Shown here piece after piece: positions 10,233-19,296 of a stretch of 38,562 nt of DNA. The stretch is from assembly GCA_043721935.1 (NCBI GenBank), contig JAYSPU010000286.1, forward strand, positions 1-38,562, in the 5' to 3' direction. The notes beneath the pieces were generated by a model, which had not been told where the DNA came from, did not search any database, and saw only the letters and a program-made list of their open reading frames with translations. Numbering within the stretch: the first letter of the stretch is position 1; each line of letters opens with the position of its first letter. The stretch is from Bacteroidota bacterium (GTDB lineage Bacteria; Bacteroidota; Bacteroidia; AKYH767-A; 2013-40CM-41-45). The position numbers and the translations under genes are program-made.

Positions 10233-10362
10233 TTAAAGTGAACTTCCTACTTAGGGCAACCGAAGTGAAATGAAGAATAAGTTCACTTCATATATTTGAT
10301 AATTTGTCTGAAAGGAGTTATCGTTTTTACCTCTTAAAAGTGCACTTCTACCGAGGGTTTTT
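10233..10362 (+). repeat. Two ~25-bp direct-repeat boxes (TTAAAGTGnACTTCyTACnnAGGG) about 103 bp apart in a 737-bp non-coding region
   Basis: ttaaagtgaacttcctacttagggc (10233-10257) versus ttaaaagtgcacttctaccgagggt (10336-10360), roughly 20 of 25 identical. A weaker GCACTTC box occurs near 10011. Between them are a GAAGTGAA/TTCACTTC hairpin (10263-10289) and TATATTTG (10291-10298). Confidence 0.5.
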
Positions 10363-10615
10363 CTTATAGAGATATCAATTTTTATTTTCTGCATTAATCC
10401 AATCTGAAAAGACGCAGTCTGATAATCATTTGGTTGGAAGTATGAAGAGTTTTATTGAAGCCCTGAATCTTCATTTCCCATAACATGTTTAAGATTTACC
10501 ATTGTGACTGAAACGAAAAAAAGACCCGGTAGAATTTAAAGTGATAAGTCTTTTCTGAAAACTAAAATTATCGAATACAAAATAATTTCAATCTAACCTT
10601 TAAACGTAAAATCCA

Positions 10616-11857
10616 ATGAAAAAAAGTACCATTAAGCCACTGTTGGTAAAAATACTAATGGTGATTACAATTGCATCTGCTTCGCTTCTATCTGCGAGTG
10701 CTCAGATGATGAATCAATGTAATTCGCATTTCTTTTACGGTCCGGATTCTGCAGCTAACTCCGCTCAATTCATGGCTTCGAACAACGGGCCCGGAGCAAC
10801 ATTTGCGTGGGATTTTGGAGATGGAGGAACTGCAACTACTGCTTATGCAAGACACACCTATGCCGGTCCGGGAACTTATTATGTATGTTTAACTGTTGTT
10901 CGATCTGACAGTGCCGGAGCTCAACTTTGCACAAGCACACATTGTGATAGTGTGCGTTTTCTTCCACCGCCACCGCCACCAACACCGGTATGTAATGCTC
11001 ATTTCATCTCCAGAAATGGTATGATGGGGTCTTCTTCTTTAAATTTCTTTGCAGCACAAAACGCACCGGGTACAACTTATGCATGGGATTTCGGAGACGG
11101 ATCAAGCGGAACAGGTGAAAATCCGTCTCACACTTATGCTGCTGCAGGAAGTTATTATGCTTGTTTAACAGTAACTACGAATGATCCTTCAGGAGCAACA
11201 TTATGTTCAGCGAACTGGTGTGACAGTGTTCATGTTCAGGCGCCACCGCCACCACCGGCACCACATTGTAACGCTCACTTCTTTTACTTCTCACTGGATA
11301 CCACAGCAAATGTTGTATTTGCAGGAATGAGAAATTGGCCAAATGCTCAATATAGCTGGGATTTAGGTGATGGCTCTACAGACACTGGTCGTGTTGTTCA
11401 TCATTCTTATTCAGCTAATGGTGTCTATAATGTTTGTATGACCGTATCTACTTATGACTCAACAGGTGTGATGTTATGTACTGCGAGCTGGTGTGACAGT
11501 GTTCGTACAGGCAGACCACGATTCCATCATTTTCATCACAATGGAAATATGGGCCATCACGATAATCATCGGTTTGGAAATGTAAATGACGCATCACAAT
11601 TGGATGAGTCTGGTGCTTCTCCAACAGCTGTTTTCTTTCCTAATCCTATGAATGAAAAAAGTGTTTTGCATTTGGAAAATTTTGCAAGTGACATTACTGT
11701 AAAAATAATGGATCAATCAGGACGTATAGTTTCTGAAAAATCAGGACAGTCCAACGGCGACATCAGTTTGGATCGAAATGCAATGCATGCAGGAATGTAT
11801 TATTATACCGTTACTTCTGGCGGGGAATTCATTCAGGGGAAATTTATTATACAATAA
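10616..11857 (+). CDS. T9SS cargo protein: three PKD-like modules, poly-Pro linkers, a His-rich segment and a C-terminal sorting domain
   Basis: 413 aa. Signal peptide ending SASAQ. Three ~91-aa modules begin at nt 10718, 10991 and 11267. Each has CN(S/A)HF...WD(F/L)GDG...H(T/S)Y...G.Y..C(L/M)TV...LC...WCDSV. They are joined by PPPPPPP tracts. Then RFHHFHHNGNMGHHDNHRF. The C-terminus VFFPNPMNEKSVLHL...GMYYYTV...GKFIIQ is typical of T9SS type-A CTDs. Confidence 0.85.
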   Translation: MKKSTIKPLLVKILMVITIASASLLSASAQMMNQCNSHFFYGPDSAANSAQFMASNNGPGATFAWDFGDGGTATTAYARHTYAGPGTYYVCLTVVRSDSAGAQLCTSTHCDSVRFLPPPPPPTPVCNAHFISRNGMMGSSSLNFFAAQNAPGTTYAWDFGDGSSGTGENPSHTYAAAGSYYACLTVTTNDPSGATLCSANWCDSVHVQAPPPPPAPHCNAHFFYFSLDTTANVVFAGMRNWPNAQYSWDLGDGSTDTGRVVHHSYSANGVYNVCMTVSTYDSTGVMLCTASWCDSVRTGRPRFHHFHHNGNMGHHDNHRFGNVNDASQLDESGASPTAVFFPNPMNEKSVLHLENFASDITVKIMDQSGRIVSEKSGQSNGDISLDRNAMHAGMYYYTVTSGGEFIQGKFIIQ

Positions 11858-11877
11858 TTTGTAGGAAGGTTAAAATT

Positions 11878-11915
11878 AAAACAGCCCCGCTTTTAGTTGG
11901 GCTGTTTTATTTTTA
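11878..11915 (+). terminator. Rho-independent terminator after the PKD cargo gene
   Basis: AAAACAGCCC (11878-11887) pairs with GGGCTGTTTT (11899-11908), followed by a T-rich tail. Confidence 0.75.
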
Positions 11916-12159
11916 ATTAATTTTTATCCTGTATTCTAAATATTCTTGACTTGCCAAACTTTGAATGGTACTTCCTTTAAGACTGTGTTTTTTTGTCACA
12001 AATTTTAAAAGCATAAAGAGTCCAAGCGATGATGAATCAATGTAATTCGTCGGGTTGTATTATGAAAAAATATTTGTGAGATAGTATGCCAAAAGTTTAA
12101 AGCAGTCCCGTCTCATCTGCCTTTTAACTTGCCACTTGTACTTTGTCACTTGAAAAAAG

Positions 12160-12231
12160 TGGTCCCACCAGGACTCGAACCTGGATCAAAGGTTTCGGAA
12201 ACCTTCATACTATCCGTTGTACTATAGGACC
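12160..12231 (-). tRNA. tRNA-Arg (anticodon CCG)
   Basis: Manual cloverleaf on the - strand: GGTCCTA-TA-GTAC-AACGGATA-GTAT-G-AAGGT-TTCCGAA-ACCTT-TGAT-CCAGG-TTCGAGT-CCTGG-TGGGACC-A. All four stems pair. TTCGAGT T-loop. Anticodon loop TT-CCG-AA. CCA is not encoded. Confidence 0.85.
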
Positions 12232-12283
12232 GGAGAGTGGCAAAAGTATTAATTCTTCGTTTCAGCAAAAAGACAATCTATGT

Positions 12284-13603
12284 TTAATCTCCTCCTTTAT
12301 GTTTACTACGAAAGGAAATAATCAAAGGCACACCGGAAAAATCATACTTATCACGAATTTTATTTTCAATAAACCGCTTGTATGATTCATTGATGTATTG
12401 TGGTAAATTACAAAAGAATGCAAATTGAGGAGTATGAGTCGGTAGTTGTGTGATGTATTTTATCTTTATATACTTTCCTTTAATTGTAGGCGGCGGAGTG
12501 TTTTCAATAAGGGGTAACAGGAATTCGTTTAACTCCGATGTCTTTATTTTTTTAATTCGGTTTTCATAAACGCGAACAGCTTCTTCCAGTGCTTTGAATA
12601 CACGTTGCTTGGTATTTACTGATGTGTAAACAATGGGCACATCAGAGAAAGGTGCAAGTTTTGCTCGAATCTTTTCACTGTACTTAGTTGTCGTATCATT
12701 TTCTTTCTCCATCAAGTCCCACTTGTTGACGACGATAACAACACCTTTGTTATTTTTTTCTATCTGATGAAAAATGGCAAGATCCTGGGCCGTAATTCCG
12801 TTTTGTGCATCCAGCATTAAAAGGCAAACATCCGCGTCTTCAATTGATCGAAGTGAACGGAGTACTGAATAAAATTCCAGATCTTCTTTTACTCTCGCTT
12901 TGCGTCGAACGCCTGCTGTGTCAATCAAAAGAAAGTCGTGACCAAATTTGGAGTAGCGTTGATGAATAGAATCACGTGTTGTTCCTGCAAGAGGAGTTAC
13001 AATGCTTCGTTCTTCACCGGTTAACATGTTGAGTAAAGAAGATTTTCCAACATTCGGTTGTCCGATGATGGTGAAGCGTGGAATGTTTTCAGGATATTCT
13101 TCGAACTCTTTTGGTAATACTTTTATTACGTCGTCCAGTAACTCACCTGTTCCACTTCCATTGATTGCAGAAATGCAATACGGATCGCCTAAACCGAATT
13201 GATAGAATTCGGCCGACTGCGCAATACGTTGTGGATTATCAACCTTATTACAAATAAGAAAAACTTTCTTGCCTGATTTCCTGAGCATTTTGGCTACTTC
13301 TTCATCCAGATCTGTTATTCCTAATTCAACGTCTACAACGAACATAATGATGTCTGCTTCGTCAATGGCCATTTCAACCTGAGTACGGATTGCGCCTTCA
13401 AAAACATCATCAGAACCACGTACATATCCACCGGTATCGATGACAGAAAACTTTTTTCCGCACCATTCCACATGACCATAATGACGGTCACGGGTAACGC
13501 CGGATTGCTCATCAACAATCGCATTACGTGTTTCGGTAAGACGATTGAATATCGTCGATTTCCCTACATTGGGACGACCTACAATGGCGACGACTGTTGA
13601 CAT
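12284..13603 (-). CDS. der: Ribosome-associated GTPase Der (EngA)
   Basis: 439 aa. Two tandem G domains with P-loops GRPNVGKST and GQPNVGKSS, each with DTGG/DTAG and NKxD motifs. KH-like C-terminus. Confidence 0.95.
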   Translation of the reverse strand: MSTVVAIVGRPNVGKSTIFNRLTETRNAIVDEQSGVTRDRHYGHVEWCGKKFSVIDTGGYVRGSDDVFEGAIRTQVEMAIDEADIIMFVVDVELGITDLDEEVAKMLRKSGKKVFLICNKVDNPQRIAQSAEFYQFGLGDPYCISAINGSGTGELLDDVIKVLPKEFEEYPENIPRFTIIGQPNVGKSSLLNMLTGEERSIVTPLAGTTRDSIHQRYSKFGHDFLLIDTAGVRRKARVKEDLEFYSVLRSLRSIEDADVCLLMLDAQNGITAQDLAIFHQIEKNNKGVVIVVNKWDLMEKENDTTTKYSEKIRAKLAPFSDVPIVYTSVNTKQRVFKALEEAVRVYENRIKKIKTSELNEFLLPLIENTPPPTIKGKYIKIKYITQLPTHTPQFAFFCNLPQYINESYKRFIENKIRDKYDFSGVPLIISFRSKHKGGD

Positions 13604-13754
13604 TTTCTTTGAATTTTAGTGGCTGGAATATCGTTGCTGATAAGTGACGATAGGGATGAGAGAGTACACCCATCCGGGGTCATAAACGGGAAAACAGACG
13701 ACTCTGTACCGCTATTCATATCATTTAGACAATAAAGGCCATAAATGAGTGATA

Positions 13755-13782
13755 ATTAAAAGAGCCGATAAAAATCGGCTCC
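13755..13782 (-). terminator. Terminator-like hairpin downstream of tRNA-fMet
   Basis: On the - strand: GGAGCCGAT-TTTT-ATCGGCTC followed by TTTTAATT. Confidence 0.6.
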
Positions 13783-13790
13783 TTTGTAGG

Positions 13791-13863
13791 TAGCGGGGAC
13801 AGGACTCGAACCTGTGGCCTTTGGGTTATGAGCCCAACGAGCTACCAACTGCTCCACCCCGCA
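13791..13863 (-). tRNA. Initiator-type tRNA-Met (anticodon CAT)
   Basis: On the - strand: T-GCGGGG-TG-GAGC-AGTTGGTA-GCTC-G-TTGGG-CTCATAA-CCCAA-AGGCC-ACAGG-TTCGAGT-CCTGT-CCCCGC-T-A. It is nearly collinear with E. coli tRNA-fMet. It has the three G:C pairs closing the anticodon stem and an unpaired 1:72 position (here U1/U72), both initiator hallmarks. The 3' end is encoded as CCT, not CCA. Confidence 0.85.
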
Positions 13864-13873
13864 CTGTATGGTT

Positions 13874-13900
13874 GAAGAAGCACCGCTTCTTTTTTGCTTT
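13874..13900 (+). terminator. Orphan terminator-like hairpin between tRNA-fMet and era
   Basis: GAAGAAGC (13874-13881), loop ACC, GCTTCTTT (13885-13892), followed by TTTTGCTTTT. There is no + strand gene directly upstream. It may stop antisense or read-through transcription, or be part of the tRNA promoter region. Confidence 0.3.
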
Positions 13901-14013
13901 TAATTACCATTTTCAGACTGTTGCACCGATTAAACACTTAATTTCGTGCATTCTGAATTTGGGTCTGCAAAGATAGGATTTGTTTTTTACTTTACTAATT
14001 AAATAGAAAAAAT

Positions 14014-14892
14014 ATGGAGCATAAGGCAGGGTTCGTAGCCATCATTGGGAAGCCAAATGTTGGGAAATCAACACTTTTAAACCGATTATTGAAGGATAAG
14101 TTGTCGATTGTAAGTGCTAAGGCTCAAACAACTCGTCAACGGATTAAAGGAATTTTAAACCATGACGAGTACCAGATTATTTTTTCGGATACTCCTGGAA
14201 TTCTGGAACCGCATTATTTATTGCAGGAAAAAATGATGGACCATGTTGCGGCTTCCCTACAAGATGCAGATGCAGTCGTATTCGTTTGTGATTTGGAAGA
14301 GAGTTACATGAATCCTGAACTCATTACAAAGTTGTCTGCGATAAAAGTTCCATTGCTTGTCGTCATAAATAAATCAGATCTGTCAGAACAAAATGAAATC
14401 GGCAAATTGGTAGCAGGTTGGAAAAAACACTTGAAGCCTTTTGCAATCATTCCGGTTTCAGCGCAGAATGATTTTAATTGCAATAAAATTGTTGAAACGA
14501 TTCTGGAAATTTTGCCTGCTTCTCCTGCTTATTTTAGCAAAGATGAAATCAGCGATGCGAATCTGCGTTTCTTTGCATCTGAAATTATCAGAGAGAAAAT
14601 TTTCATGCATTATCAACAGGAGATACCATACTCTAGTCAGGTCGTCATTGAAAAGTTTCAAGAGAAGCCTGATATTACAGCAATCACTGCACTTATTTTT
14701 GTTGAGCGTGATTCTCAAAAAGGGATATTAATCGGTAGAGGCGGAGAAAGTTTAAAGCGTGTAGGAACTGAAGCACGTAAGGATCTTGAAAAATTTCTTG
14801 GACGAAAAGTTTTTTTAGAATTGCTTGTTAAAGTTGAGAAAGACTGGAGAAAGAATGAAAATAAGTTAAAAAGGTTTGGCTACACATCATAA
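14014..14892 (+). CDS. era: GTPase Era
   Basis: 292 aa. P-loop GKPNVGKST, DTPG, NKSD. C-terminal KH domain (ILIGRGGESLKRVG). Confidence 0.95.
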   Translation: MEHKAGFVAIIGKPNVGKSTLLNRLLKDKLSIVSAKAQTTRQRIKGILNHDEYQIIFSDTPGILEPHYLLQEKMMDHVAASLQDADAVVFVCDLEESYMNPELITKLSAIKVPLLVVINKSDLSEQNEIGKLVAGWKKHLKPFAIIPVSAQNDFNCNKIVETILEILPASPAYFSKDEISDANLRFFASEIIREKIFMHYQQEIPYSSQVVIEKFQEKPDITAITALIFVERDSQKGILIGRGGESLKRVGTEARKDLEKFLGRKVFLELLVKVEKDWRKNENKLKRFGYTS

Positions 14893-14898
14893 TCAGGT

Positions 14899-17289
14899 AT
14901 GCGATTGTTTAAAAAAATAGCAGCGATTTTCGGGCTTATCATCGTAACCTTAGCAGTTTTGGTTTATATTTTTATTGAGACGCAAAAACCACTTTACGAT
15001 GGAACAATAGCGTTAGCCGGCTTCAATTCAAAGACAACCATTTACTATGACACCTATGGAATACCTCATATTTATGGGGAAAATTCTACCGATGTTTTCA
15101 GAGCGCTAGGTTACATTCATGCGCAAGACCGCCTCTTTCAAATGGAATTAGTGCGACGTGTAGCATCGGGTCGCTTATCTGAAATCTTTGGAAGTTCTAT
15201 GATTCAAACGGATCAGTTTTTTCGGATGTTGGGATTCAATAAGCAAGCGGAAAAATTAGCAAAAGAATTTGATCAGGACGATGATGAAGAATGGAAGACT
15301 GAAGCACGAGCTTATGTTGATGGTATCAACGAATATGTAGAAAAAAGAAATCGGCGACTTGAATTTAAATTATTAGACATACCGACTGAGAAGTATTCGA
15401 TAAATGACATTTATCTAATTGTCAGTTATATGGCGTTTAATTTTCAAATGGGATTTCGAACGGATCCATTGTTAACTCAAATTCAACACTCACTCGGGAA
15501 TAAATATTTAGTGGATTTGGGATTGCCTGCTGAATTATTGGCAATGGATAGCGTCTTAAAAACACAATCTGTATCTGTTACTTCAAGTATTGACAAAATA
15601 ATTTCAACGTTACCTGTTCCTGTATGGATGGGAAGTAACGCTATCGTCATCGGGCCTGATTTAAGTGCATCAGGAAAGGCGCTTCTTGAAAATGACACTC
15701 ACATCGGACTACAACAACCTGCAGTCTGGCACGAAGCATATTTGAATTATCCCGGGTTTCGTTTTTATGGAAGTTTCCTTGCCGGATTTCCATTTGCGCC
15801 ATTGGGTCACACTCTGCATCATGGCTGGGGCATTACGATTCTGGAAAATGACGACCTTGATTTTTTTGTTGAAACAACATTGAAATCGGATAGCAATGTT
15901 ATAATCTTCAACGATACCATTGAGCGCATGGAAAGCAGAGAAGAAATAATCAAAGTAAAAGACAGCGCCGATGTTAAATTCATAGTTCGGACAACGCATC
16001 ATGGTCCGATTTGCAGCGATATAGTGCCGGATATAAGAAACGTTACGCATAAGCCGGTTTCCATTAGCTGGACGTTTTTAAAAGTGCATAATAATCTTCC
16101 TTCTGTAACATGGGGAATGGCGCATGCATGTAATATGGATGAATTCAGAAAAGCTGTTTCAGATATTGGCGCTCCCGGATTAAACATTTTATATGCAGAT
16201 GCTGACAATAATATTGCTTGGTATTCAGCTGCAAAGTATGTTCAGCGAACACCGGGAACGCATTCCAATGTTTTTCTGGATGGAAGTGGTTCGCAAGAAT
16301 GGAAAGGGTATTATGATTTTGATGTAAACCCGAAATCCGAAAATCCTGTAGTTGGATATCTCTTTTCAACTAATACAGCTCCATCTCCTGACAGCGCTTC
16401 TTTTTTCCCCGGATATTATTTACCTCAGGATCGTTTCCTTCGCGTGAATCATTTGCTGCGCGAAAAGAAAAAATTTAAAAGAACGGATCTTGAGACAATT
16501 TCATTGGATGTTATAAACCCGGTGGCAGGTAAAGTTTGCGAGAACATGGTATCCCGCATGCCAAGTGCTGTTGTGTTGAAAACACAAATGCATGAACGCG
16601 CTTTTAGTATTTTAAGTTCCTGGAATGGCTCACATAAAATTGATGATACTGCACCGGTAATTTATTACAAGTTATTGTATCATGTTTTAAAAAATACATT
16701 CGCCGATGAATTGGGTGAAAAAGATTTTGAATCATTTTTAAAAACTCATTTATTGAAAACGGCTTTACCGGGATTAATGCAGAATGACAGTTCAGTGTGG
16801 TGGGATAATGTAAAGACAATTAAAATTGAGACTGAGCCTAAGATACTACAGGCTGCATTTGACACTACGATAACAGAGTTGATTGCACAACTCGGGTTTA
16901 ATCCGGATAAATGGAAATGGGGAGATGTTCATCAAATTGAATACGAACATCCGATCGGAAAACAAAAGCCATTCAATAAACTTTATAACATCGGTCCTTT
17001 TCCAACGTGGGGAGGAATGGAGACTGTAAACAATCAAAGTTTTGACATGAACGGTATAGGTAAATATAAAGTAAACCTTTCTCCCGGTGTACGTAGAACT
17101 CTTGATTTTGCTGATCCGGAAAATGCTACCAGCATCATTCCAAGCGGTGAATCAGGAAATTTTACTGTGCGCTATTATAGAAACCAGGCAAAAATGTATA
17201 TTAATGGTCGATTCAGAAAAGAGATGATGAACGATCAGGAAATTAAAAAAACGTGCAAGAACGTTTTAATCATTACTCCTCAAAAATAA
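14899..17289 (+). CDS. Penicillin acylase family Ntn-hydrolase (penicillin amidase / acyl-homoserine-lactone acylase-like)
   Basis: 796 aa. N-terminal TM/signal anchor. Family blocks YDTYGIPHIYG and GYIHAQDRLFQMEL. Candidate autoprocessing site and beta-subunit nucleophile in WMGSNAIVIGP. Starts 6 nt after the era stop. Confidence 0.85.
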   Translation: MRLFKKIAAIFGLIIVTLAVLVYIFIETQKPLYDGTIALAGFNSKTTIYYDTYGIPHIYGENSTDVFRALGYIHAQDRLFQMELVRRVASGRLSEIFGSSMIQTDQFFRMLGFNKQAEKLAKEFDQDDDEEWKTEARAYVDGINEYVEKRNRRLEFKLLDIPTEKYSINDIYLIVSYMAFNFQMGFRTDPLLTQIQHSLGNKYLVDLGLPAELLAMDSVLKTQSVSVTSSIDKIISTLPVPVWMGSNAIVIGPDLSASGKALLENDTHIGLQQPAVWHEAYLNYPGFRFYGSFLAGFPFAPLGHTLHHGWGITILENDDLDFFVETTLKSDSNVIIFNDTIERMESREEIIKVKDSADVKFIVRTTHHGPICSDIVPDIRNVTHKPVSISWTFLKVHNNLPSVTWGMAHACNMDEFRKAVSDIGAPGLNILYADADNNIAWYSAAKYVQRTPGTHSNVFLDGSGSQEWKGYYDFDVNPKSENPVVGYLFSTNTAPSPDSASFFPGYYLPQDRFLRVNHLLREKKKFKRTDLETISLDVINPVAGKVCENMVSRMPSAVVLKTQMHERAFSILSSWNGSHKIDDTAPVIYYKLLYHVLKNTFADELGEKDFESFLKTHLLKTALPGLMQNDSSVWWDNVKTIKIETEPKILQAAFDTTITELIAQLGFNPDKWKWGDVHQIEYEHPIGKQKPFNKLYNIGPFPTWGGMETVNNQSFDMNGIGKYKVNLSPGVRRTLDFADPENATSIIPSGESGNFTVRYYRNQAKMYINGRFRKEMMNDQEIKKTCKNVLIITPQK

Positions 17290-17293
17290 AAAG

Positions 17294-18754
17294 ATGAAAA
17301 AATTGTGGTTGTTGTACTCGCTGTTTATTGTGAAATCAGTTTTCGCTCAGGAGAATGTTACGATATCAGGACTCTTACCCGTAAAGACAGGGAAAGTGAT
17401 TGTCGCTACTGATCTGACCTACCTCGAAAAGAAAGGAGAGCAAACAGAAGGTGTTATTACTGATGGTGCTTTTCATTTAACCTTTAAGGTGGATCGGGAT
17501 CGGATCGTTAAGCTCAATTCTGAATTTTTTTCCATCCCATTATATGTCGAAAGTGGAAGTGACTTAAGTGTTTCTTTTGTCGATAAAGGGAATAATACTT
17601 TTGCTTTACAACTCACGGGTAAAAGTTCTTCTGAAAATCTTTTCCTCCAGCGTTTTTTTTCTACAAACAATTTATCGTTCAATGACTCGGTGAATAAGGT
17701 CAGAATGTTGTCAATGTCTATCGATCAATTTGAAAGCGCCATCTTCAATGACAAAAAGGAGCAGCTGGCAAGTTTTAAAAACGATTCTGACCGCGCCGGA
17801 TTCAGTTCTACATTTAACAGGCTCATGGAAAATGAAATCAGTTACCATTATTGGCAGTTGCTTTATTCGTATCCGATCAATCGTGCCAATCAGGATTCAA
17901 AAATATTAACTGTGACACCGTTGCCGGATTTGATGTTGGAAAATTTTTCCAATGTGAAAATCAGTAATGAAGAAGCAATGGTGAATGAGTCGTACAGAGA
18001 ATTTTTAAAGTACTATATTATTTATGCTACGTCTAAGTCAAATGGGTTTAATAAGTTCACAGACTTTTCCGTTTCTGCTGATAGAAAAACTGCAATAGCA
18101 AAAGAGAGATTGCAAGGTGTCGTTTTCACTTATTGGTTAGCTCGTTTTACCCTGGATGAATGTGAGCGATTAAGCCCGTATGCAGTTAAAAAATTATTAA
18201 CGATGCTGAAAGATGCGGACAAGGAAAAGCACTTTCTCGAAATTGCAAATGAAGTTTGTGGTCCTCGATTAACGGCAGCAGCAGAGCCGGCCACCACTAA
18301 AAAAGACGAAGGAAAAGCAACAGCTTCTGAAAGTGAAGGATTGGATTTAACAGATCTCAATGGTAAAAAAGTGTCCTTGTCTGACTTCAAAGGAAAAGTT
18401 GTTTACATCGATTTCTGGGCAAGCTGGTGCGGACCATGCAGAGCTATGATGCCTGCTTCGAAAGAAATGCACGAGCAGTTAAGTGAAAAGGAAAAAAATC
18501 AAATTGTGTTTCTGTATATTTCCATTGATGCAAATTCAGAGGCCTGGAAAAAAGGAATTCAGGACATGCAGATTCAAGGAGTGAATGTCATTTCTCCGGG
18601 TAACTGGTCATCAAAAGCATGTTCCTATTTTCAAATCAATAGTATTCCACGTTATATGATCATGAATAAAAAAGGTGACATCGTAGAGTTCAATGCTAAG
18701 CGACCGATTGATCCGACGCTTCTGTTGGATTTGAAAAAATTGGCGGATCAATAG
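17294..18754 (+). CDS. TlpA/ResA-like thiol:disulfide oxidoreductase with a large uncharacterised N-terminal domain
   Basis: 486 aa. Signal peptide. About 330 aa of unknown domain, then an AAAEPATTKKDEGKATASE linker, then a thioredoxin fold with FWASWCGPC. Starts 4 nt after the acylase stop. Confidence 0.85.
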   Translation: MKKLWLLYSLFIVKSVFAQENVTISGLLPVKTGKVIVATDLTYLEKKGEQTEGVITDGAFHLTFKVDRDRIVKLNSEFFSIPLYVESGSDLSVSFVDKGNNTFALQLTGKSSSENLFLQRFFSTNNLSFNDSVNKVRMLSMSIDQFESAIFNDKKEQLASFKNDSDRAGFSSTFNRLMENEISYHYWQLLYSYPINRANQDSKILTVTPLPDLMLENFSNVKISNEEAMVNESYREFLKYYIIYATSKSNGFNKFTDFSVSADRKTAIAKERLQGVVFTYWLARFTLDECERLSPYAVKKLLTMLKDADKEKHFLEIANEVCGPRLTAAAEPATTKKDEGKATASESEGLDLTDLNGKKVSLSDFKGKVVYIDFWASWCGPCRAMMPASKEMHEQLSEKEKNQIVFLYISIDANSEAWKKGIQDMQIQGVNVISPGNWSSKACSYFQINSIPRYMIMNKKGDIVEFNAKRPIDPTLLLDLKKLADQ

Positions 18755-18834
18755 CTGAATATGTTTTCTTCAATTAAATGATCAGTGACAATTAACTACC
18801 TCAATTATCGTTCATAGTATCAAACCATATAAAA

Positions 18835-19263
18835 ATGAAAAAGTCAATAGTAGTTTTTAGTTTGTTTGCACTTTTTGTCTTCATAGCGAATGCGCAAAAA
18901 ATCGATGCATCTAAAGTTCCTGCATCAGTAAAAGAATCTTTTGAAAAACAATTTCCCGGAATCAGTCCGAAATGGGAAATGGAGAAGGGTAAGTATGAAG
19001 CAGGATTTAAGTCCAATGGCAAAACAATGTCGGCTTTGTTTGAAACGAATGGTGCATTGAGCGAAACAGAAGTCGATATTAAAACAGCTGAACTCCCTGT
19101 AGGTGTATTGGCTTATGTAAAAGAACATTACTCAGGTAAATCAATTAAGGAATCTGCTAAAATTACCAAAGCGGATGGCACGGTTAATTATGAGGCAGAA
19201 GTAGATGGAAAGGATGTCATCTTCGATAGTACAGGAAAATTTTTGAAAGAAATAAAAAATTAA
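18835..19263 (+). CDS. PepSY-like (DUF2874-type) periplasmic protein
   Basis: 142 aa. Signal peptide. Duplicated P(A/V)xV...F...P pattern (VPASVKESFEKQFPG and LPVGVLAYVKEHYSG), typical of the putative beta-lactamase-inhibitor-like PepSY-like family. Confidence 0.7.
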   Translation: MKKSIVVFSLFALFVFIANAQKIDASKVPASVKESFEKQFPGISPKWEMEKGKYEAGFKSNGKTMSALFETNGALSETEVDIKTAELPVGVLAYVKEHYSGKSIKESAKITKADGTVNYEAEVDGKDVIFDSTGKFLKEIKN

Positions 19264-19296
19264 AGAGCATAAAAAAGAGGCTCTCTCAAAAACCTA

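Noticed and set aside
12143-12385. 80-aa plus-strand ORF
   Set aside because: It lies antisense across tRNA-Arg and the 3' end of der, so it is an artefact.
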